A stretch of 64,000 bases of DNA from Octopus vulgaris. Lineage: Eukaryota. Made by a program: the position numbers and the translations under genes. Where the stretch lies: positions 5,518,001 through 5,582,000 of the forward strand of contig OX597829.1 of the NCBI GenBank assembly GCA_951406725.2. Reading direction: 5' to 3'. The stretch's first letter is position 1, and each line of letters begins with the position of its first letter. Of the stretch, positions 54,452 to 64,000 are shown in pieces. The notes below the pieces were generated by a model. That model did not search any database. It was given only the letters and a program-made list of their open reading frames with translations, and was not told the DNA's origin.

Positions 54452-54616
54452 CCTGGCTGCTGGGGGTGTTTGTCTCCCCTTCGTAAATGTATAGAAGGAC
54501 ACAGGAATAATGTGTCAAAGCCATCAGGAAGCGTCGATGCTTCCTATGGCTAAACAGCGGTGGTGTAACCCCCTACTGTCACGTTCACGTTAGATTGACA
54601 GTATACAACCATTCTT

Positions 54617-54694
<78 letters not shown>

Positions 54695-54697
<3 letters not shown>

Positions 54698-54857
54698 CGC
54701 AGGAGTGGCTGTGTGGTAAGTAGCTTGCTAACCAACCACATGGTTCTGGGTTCAATCCCACTGCGTGGCATCTTGGGCAAGTGTCTTCTGCTATAGCCCC
54801 GGGCCGACCAATGCCTTGTGAGTGGATTTGGTAGACGGAAACTGAAAGAAGCCTGTC

Positions 54858-54900
<43 letters not shown>

Positions 54901-55147
54901 TATATATATAAATGTATGAGTGTGTGTGTTTGTGTGTCTGTGTTTGTCCCCTAGCATTGCTTGACAACCGATGCTGGTGTGTGTTTACGTCCCCGTCACT
55001 TAGCGGTTCGGCAAAAGAGACCGATATAATAAGTACTGGGCTTACAAAAAATAAGTCTCGGGGTCGATTTGCTCGACTAAAGGCGGTGCTCCAGCATGGC
55101 CGCAGTCAAATGACTGAAACAAGTAAAAGAGTAAAAGAGTAAAGAGT
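54695..55147 (+). mobile_element. SINE family A, full length
   Basis: Same structure as 30347-30912. Confidence 0.9.
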
Positions 55148-55426
55148 ATATATAATATATTGAAAAGGTTTGCAAGACGCAACGAAAATTTAAGGAAAAT
55201 AAAAATAAGAAATAAGTAGAAATTTTACCGTTGAGTGTGTTAAATAATAAGGCACTAAAAGAGAATGACTCTCCCCAGACACAACAGAATATGCTTCAAC
55301 ACATGAACTCATAAAGAATCTTGCAAACCAAATCCAAAAACGAAATATCGTATAAACTAATGCTTCAAATTTTCCATTTTCATGTATTTCCCTTCCATTT
55401 CTACAAATTTCTACAAATGTTTAGTT

Positions 55427-56610
55427 GCATGTATGTGTTTATGTGTATGTACATGCATATACACATGCATATACGTGCGTACAGACATACGTGCTTGCGC
55501 ATTTGTGTATGTTTGTATACGTAAGTATGACTGTATGTTTGTAAGTATGTACATATGCATGTATGTATGTATGTATGCATGCATGTATGTATGTATGTAT
55601 ATACGCATGTATGTATGTATGTATGTATGTATGTATGTATGTATGTATGTATGTATGTATGTATGTATGTATATACGCATGTATGTATGTATGTATGCAT
55701 GCATATATGTATGTATGTATACATGTATGTACGTATGTATGTTTGTATGTATGTGTATGTATATATGTATGTATGTATATATGTATGCATGTATGCATGT
55801 ATGTATGTACGTATATATGTATGCATGCATATATTAATGGCGGTGCCCCAGCATGGCCACAGCTCATTAGCTGAAACTGGAAAAATCAAAAATCAATATC
55901 AAAATCATATGTATGTATATATGCATGTATGTATGTATGTATGTATGTATGTATGTATGTATGTATGTATGTATGTATGTATGTATGTATGTATGTATGT
56001 ATGTATATACGTATGTATGTATGTTTGTATGTATGTGTATGTATGTATGTAAATATGTATGTATGTATATATGCATGCATGTATGCATGTATGTATGTAT
56101 GCATGCATGTATGTGTGTATGTATATACGTATGTATGTTTGTATGTTTGTGTATGTATATATGTATGTATGTATATATGTATGCATGTATGCATGTATGT
56201 ATGTATTTATATATGTATGCATGCATATATGTATGTATGTATGTATGTATGCATGTATGTATGTATGTATGTATGTATATACGTATGTATGTATGTTTGT
56301 ATGTATGTATATGTATGTATGTATGTAAATATGTATGTATGTATATATGTATGCATATATGCATGTATGTATGTATGTATGCATGCATGTATGTATGTGT
56401 GTATGTATATACGTATGTATGTATGTTTGTATGTATGTGTATGTATGTATGTAAATATGTATGTATATATGTATGCATGTATGCATGTATGTATGTATGT
56501 ATGCATGCATGTATGTATGTGTGTATGTATATACGTATGTATGTATGTATGTATGTATGTATGTATGTATGTTGTATGTATGTATGCATGTATGCATGTA
56601 TGTATGTATG
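55427..56610. repeat. Degenerate (TATG)n microsatellite with a short SINE tail at 55836-55880
   Basis: Directly visible. Confidence 0.92.
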
Positions 56611-56611
56611 T

Positions 56612-57161
56612 CAGGTCACCTTCGAGTGCTACAGGTAACATGTAACCCAGTACAACCTGTTGCATGGTCGGGCCGTCGGCGACTAAACCGGCAACCCCAC
56701 CAAGCTTGCTTGGTGAGGAGGGTGTTTATTGGACACCCTGCGGGATGAAAAACAAAACCCGTCAAAGGGCGGAGGAACTCTTGAGTGTCAACGGCCATCC
56801 AATAAATGTCTTAAGGCCGTATCATGCGCTGGGACATAGAAATAATCGGACTGAATACCCGATCGCGCGGTTAAACCATTGGGAGTGAAGGACTCCTAGC
56901 CTCTGTTAGGGCATCCTTCAAGGAGAAGGTAACTCAGGTAACTGGGATAACTCCGACATAAAACCTGCGGCTCAGTGGTTAACGATGATGTTGACTTGTT
57001 CTTCTTTTCGGATTATGGCTGCTGTTGCTTAGTGAGTGGGATTGACTCAGTGCACAGCCTTTCTTCACTTAAAAAAAACTCTTCTTGCACAGGCATTGCA
57101 TGATAACAACATTGATTAAGCTTCGCGCAATGGCCATACATGATAATGAGGGGGCAGCCAC
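56612..57161 (+). mobile_element. 550-bp non-coding RTE-derived element embedded in (TATG)n
   Basis: 3' 340 bp are near-identical to 12112-12450. RTE 5'UTR-like motifs, no ORF of note, followed by (TATG)n to about 57510. Confidence 0.75.
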
Positions 57162-57599
57162 TATGTATGTATGTATGTATGTGTATGTATGTATGTATGT
57201 ATGTATGTATGTATGTATGTATGTATGTATGTATGTATGTGTGTGTATGTATGTATGTATGTATGTATGTATGTATGTATGTATGTATGTATGTATGTAT
57301 GTGTGTGTATGTATGTATGTATGTATGCACGTATGTATGTATGCATGTATGTATGTATGCATGTATGTATGTATGTATGCATGTATGTACGTACGTATGT
57401 ATGTATGTATGTATGTATATATGTATGTATGTATGTATGTATTTATGCATCTATGTATGTATGTATGTATGTATGTATGCATGTATGTACGTATGCATGT
57501 ATGTATGTACAGAAGTATGAATGTGCTTGCCTGTACATGTATCTCCTTCTCTGTGTGTTTGTGCACTTTGACTTGCATGTTAACAAGTAAACACTTGGA

Positions 57600-58828
57600 C
57601 AGTTAATCATCTCTTCTCTATACTGATGACATGAAACTGTTTGAAATAAATTATCAACAACTACAAGCATTCTTAGACACAATCAAACAATTTAGTGATG
57701 ACATCAAAATGGAATTTTGGCTCGATAAATGCGCCGAAGCTACATTTGCCAAGGGAAACCTGTCAACATCACTCTAAATAGAGAAAAGGGGATAAAACAA
57801 TTATAATTTCAGGGCAATTATAATTATATAGGAGTGTGTGAAAGAGATGGTATTAAACACTCACTAATGAGAGAAAATATAAAGAAGAGTTCAACCGAAG
57901 AGTAAGAGCGGTTTTGAAGACCGAGCTGAATGCCAGAAACAAAATTGAAGCTATTAACAAATTGACTTTGCCTGTAAACAAAGACAGCACCTGTCCTCTC
58001 TGAGACCAACAAAGTTGATGTCAAAATATGAAAACCGATGACAATGCATCGTATGCACCATCCAAAAGCCGATACTGACCGAATATAACCCTCGAGAAAA
58101 GAAGGCGGTCGGTGGTTTAAAAAAATCTCAACTCCAATTGAAAGTACATCTATGGAACTTTCTGACTACCTTCAAGAAGCAAACGACTGGATGTTAAATC
58201 TGGTTCTGAAACAGGAAGATACCAAAAATAAATGCAGCCGGACGATCTTGTACCTGAAGAAAATGTGTCCCCAACTGACAAGGCAAAACAAATAAAAATA
58301 ATTGACAAACAAACCAGCCTCCAATATATTCAGAAGAAATGGGAACATGGCAAATACCTGTGTAGAATCAGCGACCTAGGTGTAGATCAAATTCTTACTC
58401 ATCAGTGGTTGTCATGCTCTGGTCTCAAATCAGAAACTGAGAGGTTACTCAGGACGAGTCTCTTCCATTTAGGAAGTAGCAGAGAAATGTCCTGGAATAT
58501 AAAAGCAGCCCATCCTGCCACGTATGCAGAAAGCACCCATGGAGAAGATCGACATAATCTCTGGATGTAACAGACTGGCACCAGCAGAATACTTGCAAAG
58601 GCATGAAAGGGTAGCTCAGTTTATACACTGGTCAATATGACGCACACACAACCTCCCTTACAAAAATAATTGCTGAAAACACAAACCATTAGCATGCTGA
58701 GTTTACCATCTTTTGAAATTTCAGTGTTAAGACTGATCGGGAGATACAGGCAAATTGGTCAGATCCCATTGTGAAAAATTAATGAAAAGACTTTTCCAAT
58801 TGATATTGCAACCCCAACCGACAAAAGC
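57600..58828 (+). mobile_element. Degenerate R4/Dong-like LINE, RT to RLE
   Basis: LYTDDMKLF..DTIKQFSDDIKMEFWLDKC, MHRMHHPKADTDRI, THQWLSCSGLKSETE, EYLQRHERVAQFIHW, IDIATPTDK; many lesions. Confidence 0.85.
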
Positions 58829-58861
58829 AAAAAAAAGATCATAGTTATTGTTATCTTATAT

Positions 58862-59064
58862 GTATTTCTTTATTGCCCATAAGGAGCTAAACATAGAGGG
58901 GACAAACAAGGAGAGACAAACGGATTAAGTCAATTACATTGACCCCAGTGCGAAACTGGTACTTAATTTATCGACCCCGAAAGGATGAAAGACAAAGTCG
59001 ACCTCGGCGGAATTTGAACTCAGAACGTAGCGACAGACGAAATACTGCTAAGCATTTCGCCCGT
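58862..59064 (-). mobile_element. SINE family C
   Basis: Near-identical to 20776-20975. Confidence 0.88.
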
Positions 59065-59225
59065 CGTTTTTACCCCTGACCGACGTCAGTGTTTTCAACT
59101 GTACAGCACCACACCTGTTAACGTCTTTAGATGCAAAACCTTGTTGTCCCTTGACGTCTCCGGTTGACTTTGGTGCCACGTGTATAAAATTAAAGCAAAG
59201 TCAAACCACAAACGAAATAATAATT
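59065..59225 (-). pseudogene. Possible decayed EGF-like pseudo-exon
   Basis: Acceptor ttttgttttcag (AG at 59226-59227), then LLFRLWFDF..YTWHQ..LTGVVLYS*KH*RRSG, compatible with a decayed WFG..C.YTCHC..TG.C..GC..G.SG. Confidence 0.3.
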
Positions 59226-59524
59226 CTGAAAACAAAATGTGGTACAAGTTAATTTTTTCTTTATTCCTTTTTTTTTGGAATATCAATGTCGTGCTTGAAA
59301 CAAAAAAGGCTGAGAAGCATTGGTTCACATTATGTATTATCGCTCACCGTTCCTGTAACCATTGACATATTTCAGCTGTATAATGTTGCTATTGTGTAAC
59401 TAATCAACACATAAGATTTTAACGAAAATTATCCGGTACCAATTGCTGCCGTTCTGTAGCTATGGTGTTACATTTTGACTTTTAGCAATTGGCTAAGTAA
59501 CTTAAATGCTTAGTATTAGTTATA

Positions 59525-59825
59525 CTAGCTGGACCCGTACCGTCAAAAATGACGGCTAATTGTTGTATTTTATATATAAATATGGATGGTAAATCAAATT
59601 AATACACTTATCAATGTTCACATACATGCACACACATCCCTTGTACACGCATACACATACACACATATACTCACACAGAGTTGAAACGCTGTTTGATTTT
59701 TCTTTTGAATGCTTACTATACCACTTCCAGTTTGCCATCATCCCTTCCTTCCTTATTCATCTGTAACCCCTCCCTCTCTCATTCATATGTTGTGACGGAG
59801 AAAAACACAAGAGTATTATTATAGT
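59525..59825 (-). mobile_element. Non-autonomous Helitron, third family
   Basis: CTAG at 59525-59528 with a perfect hairpin ccgtca-aaaa-tgacgg (59540-59555) 11 bp inside; 5' end uncertain. Confidence 0.65.
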
Positions 59826-59837
59826 ATGTATATATAT

Positions 59838-60001
59838 AGGCGCAGGAGTGGCTGTGTGGTAAGTAGCTTGTTTACCAACCACATGGTTCCGGGTTCAGTC
59901 CCACTGCGTGGCATCTTGGGCAAGTGTCTTCTGCTATAGCCTCGGGCCAACCAAAACTTTGTGAGTGGATTTGGTAGACGGAAACTGAAAGAAGCCCGTC
60001 G

Positions 60002-60046
<45 letters not shown>

Positions 60047-60300
60047 ATGTATATGTATGCGTGTGTGTGTGTGTTTGTGTGTCTGTGTTTGTCCCCCTAG
60101 AATTGCTTGACAATCGATGCTGGTGTGTTTACGTCCCCGTTACTTAGCAGTTCGGCAAAAGAGACCGATAGAATAAGTACTGGGCTTACAAAGAATAAGT
60201 CCCGAGGTCGACTTGCTCGATTAAAGGCGGTGCTCCAGCATGGCCGCAGTCAAATGACTGAAACAAGTAAAAGAGTAAAAGAGTAAAAGAGTAAAAGAGT
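59838..60300 (+). mobile_element. SINE family A, full length
   Basis: Same structure; (aaaagagt)n tail. Confidence 0.9.
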
Positions 60301-60317
60301 ATATATATTTCTTTATA

Positions 60318-60495
60318 AGTAGCAAGTAGCATTTTGTCTGTCTTTGCGTTCCGAGTACACATTCCGCCGATGTTGATTTTGTTTTTCATCCTCTCGGTGT
60401 CGATAGAATAAAGTACCAGTTGAGAACTGAGGTCGATGTAACCGACTTAGACCCTCCACCGAAATTGGTGGCCTTGTGACGAAACTTGAAGCCAA
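60318..60495 (+). mobile_element. SINE family C, diverged
   Basis: attccgccga..ttttcatcctctcggtgtcgatagaataaagtaccagttg. Confidence 0.7.
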
Positions 60496-60630
60496 TAACT
60501 CTTGAATCTACTTAGCAGAGTTGTTCCCCTTGACACTCCTTAACGTTGTAGTAATTTGATCATTGTTCATATATTATGATTTCTTACACATGAGAAATGA
60601 GTTATCTGATCATGGTGATATGACCTCTAC

Positions 60631-60746
60631 GATGATGATGATGATGATTAATAATGTTCGTCCTTCGGTTCGAAGATGACCAACTGACATCATCTGATGG
60701 AACTGCCGCCATGAGACCTGAGGTGGCTGGTGAAGCCAATCCGGAC
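60631..60746 (-). mobile_element. RTE (BovB-like) extreme 3' end with (CAT)n tail
   Basis: Minus strand tcc-cgg-att-ggc-ttc-acc-agc-cac-ctc-agg-like stretch (RIGFTSHLR), then tggtcatcttcgaaccgaaggacgaac and (cat)n. Confidence 0.6.
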
Positions 60747-60815
60747 AATGATGGTGGTGTGACATAGACGACGACGCTGGCGAACATGTAGACGACAATA
60801 TCAAAGATGAGGTTG

Positions 60816-63800
60816 CCACAACCACCAACACAACCACCACAACCACCTTCACCACCACCACTTTCACCACCACCACCACCACCACCTTCACCACCACCAC
60901 CACCACCACCACCACCACCACCACCACCACCACCACCACCACCACCACCACCTCCATCACCACCACCACCACCAATACCACCACCTTCACCACCACCACC
61001 ACCAGCTCCACCACCACCATCACCATTACCTTCACCACCACCACCACCACCACCACCACCTTCACCACCACCACCACCACCTCCACCACCACCACCACCA
61101 CCCACCACCACCTTCACCACCACCACCACCACCTCCACCACCACCATCACCATTACCTTCACCACCACCACCACCATCACCTCCACCACCACCACCACCA
61201 CCATCACCACTACCACCACCACCTCCACCACCACCACCACTACCACCACCTTCACCACCACCACCACCACCACCACCACCACCACCACCACCACCACCAC
61301 CACCTTCACCACCACCACCACCTTCACCACCACCACCACCATCAGCACCACGTCCACCACCACCACAATCTTCACCACCACCACCACCACCATCACCAGC
61401 TCCACCACCACCTCCACCACCACCACCTTCACCACCATCACCACCACCACCACCACCACCACCTCCACCACCACCACCAACTTCACCACCACCACCTCCA
61501 CCACAACCACCACCTTCACCACCACCACCACCACCTTCACCACCACCACCACCACCACCTCCACCACCACCACCACCTTCACCACCAGCTTCACCACCAC
61601 CACCACCACCACCACCACCACCACCACCACCACCACCACCACCACCACTTCACCACCACCACCACCTTCACCACCACCACCTTCACCACCACCACCACCA
61701 CCAGCTTCACCACCAACACCACCTCCACCACCACCTTCACCACCACCACCACCTCCACCACCACCTCCACCACCACCACCACCTCCACCACCACCAGCTT
61801 CACCACAACCAACAGCTTCACCACCACCACCTTCACCACCAGCACCACCACCATCATCACCACCACCACCACCACCACCTTCACCACCATTACCACCATT
61901 ACCACCATCACCACCACCACCACCACCTCCACCACCACCTTCACCACCACCACCACCACCACCACCACCTTCACCACCATCACCACCACCACCACCATCA
62001 CCACCATCACCACCACCTCCACCACCACCTCCACCACCACCACCACCACAACCACCACCACCACCTTCACCACCACCACCACCAATACCACCACCTTCAC
62101 CACCACCACCACCACCACCACCACCACCCCTTCACCACCACCACTACCACCATTACCTTCACCACCACCACCACCCACCACCACAATCTTCACCACCACC
62201 ATCACCTTCACCACCTCCACCACCACCTCCACCACCACCACCTTCACCACCATCACCACCACCACCACCACCACCTTCACCACCAACACCACCTCCACCA
62301 CCACCACCAGCTTCACCACAACCAACAGCTTCACCACCACCACCACCACCACCACCATACCACCATCACCACCACCTTCATCACCACCACCACCACCACC
62401 ACCACCACCATCATCACCACCACCACCACCTTCACCACCATTACCACCATCACCATTACCTTCACTACCACCACCACCAGCAGCACAACCCCCACCATCA
62501 CCACCACCACCTTCACCACCACCACCACCACCACCATCATCATCACCACCACCACCACCACCACCTTCACCACCATTACCACCATCACCATTACCTTCAC
62601 TACCACCATCACCAGCAGCACCACCTCCACCATCACCACCACACCACCACCACCACCACCACCACCACCATCACCTTCACCACCACCACCACTACCACCA
62701 CCTTCACCACCTTCACCACTATCACCACCACCACCATCACCACCACCTCCAACACCACCACCACACCACCACCTCCACCACCACCATCACCATTACCTTC
62801 ACCACCACCACCACCACCACCACCACCACCCACCACCACCATCACCACCACCACCACCACCACCACCACCACCACCACCACCACCACCACCACCTTCACC
62901 ACCACCACCACAACCACCACCACCACCTTCAACACCACTACCACCACCTTCACCACCACCACCTCCACCACCACCTTCACCACCACCACCTTCACCTTCA
63001 CCACCACCACCACCAGCTTCACCACCAACACCACCTCCACCACCACCTTCACCACCACCACCACCACCACCACCACCACCACCACCACCACCACCACCAC
63101 CACCTTCACCACCACCACCACCACCACCACCACCACCTTCACCACCACCACCTTCACCTTCACCACCACCACCACCAGCTTCACCACCAACACCACCTCC
63201 ACCACCACCTTCACCACCACCACCACCTCCACCACCACCTTCACCACCACCACCACCTCCAACACCACCTCCACCACCACCACCTCCACCACCACCAGCT
63301 TCACCACAACCAACAGCTTCACCACCACCATCTTCACCACCACCACCACCACCATCATCACCACCACCACCACCACCACCTTCACCACCATTACCACCAT
63401 CACCACCACCACCTCCACCACCACCACCACCATCACCACCACCACCACCACCACCACCTCCACCACCACCTTCACCACCACCACCACCACCACCGCCACC
63501 ACCACCTTCACCACCATCACCACCACCACCACCATCACCACCATCACCACCACCTCCACCACCACCACCACCACCACCACCACCACCACCACCACCTTCA
63601 CCACCACCACCACCACCAATACCACCACCTTCACCACCACCACCTCCACCCCCCCTCACCACCACCACTACCACCATTACCTTCACCACCACCACCACCA
63701 CCACCACCACCACCACCACCACCACCACCACCTCCACCACCACCTCCACCACCACCAACACCTTCACCACCATCACCACCACCACCACCACCACTACCAG

Positions 63801-64000
63801 CTTCACCACCACCACCACAACCACCACCACCACCTTCAACACCACTACCACCACCTTCACCACCACCACCAACTTCACCACCACCACCATCAGCACCACG
63901 TCCACCACCACCACAATCTTCACCACCACCACCACCACCTCCACCACCACCTTCACCACCACCACCTTCACCACCACCACCACCACCAGCTTCACCACCA
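60816..64000. repeat. Interrupted (CAC/GGT)n trinucleotide array over 3.1 kb, running off the window end
   Basis: Directly visible; recurrent interruption blocks and several register shifts. Confidence 0.95.

Larger units (their letters stand above)
53853..54615. mobile_element. Hammerhead-containing non-autonomous retroelement (retrozyme or Penelope pLTR type): 348-bp unit, partial tandem copy and inverted copy
   Basis: tcagaaatattaaatttc recurs at 53854 and 54202. 54313-54615 is the reverse complement of about 53898-54196. (TA)n on both sides; no ORF. Confidence 0.8.

Noticed and set aside
60602-63998. Poly-Val or glycine-rich protein gene
   Set aside because: ORFs are translations of (GGT)n with repeated register shifts; the unique-looking C-terminus overlaps an RTE 3' remnant.

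Overview
Repeat-saturated, AT-rich eukaryotic DNA. The mix of microsatellites, tRNA-derived SINE families, Dong/R4, RTE and Tx1 LINE remnants and non-autonomous Helitrons points to a cephalopod (octopus-like) genome; that assignment is inference. I found no intact protein-coding gene. Almost all long ORFs in the supplied track are microsatellite translations, and the real coding remnants are transposon fragments (RLE LINEs, RTE, Tx1, Penelope GIY-YIG, Merlin). Main observations: (1) a 348-bp unit carrying a type I hammerhead ribozyme fold, arranged tandem-plus-inverted like a Penelope element or retrozyme, inside a (TA)n tract (53853-54615), with further hammerhead-like motifs at 1782 and 2669; (2) a 5.2-kb, 38-bp minisatellite that arose inside an RTE LINE ORF from an internal microhomology (14137-19304); (3) a decayed minus-strand array of EGF-like and F-type-lectin-like pseudo-exons in an old duplicated unit (about 24.6-59.2 kb); (4) a roughly 4-kb decayed unknown ORF with Cys-rich and possible NHL/transposase motifs (6.3-11.7 kb); (5) a SINE 3' tail shared with a Tx1 LINE, a TTAGGG-bearing MITE with an 8-bp TSD and an in-window empty site, and a MITE-associated 755-bp inverted duplication. 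All translations and alignments were done by eye, so boundaries of degenerate elements are approximate.
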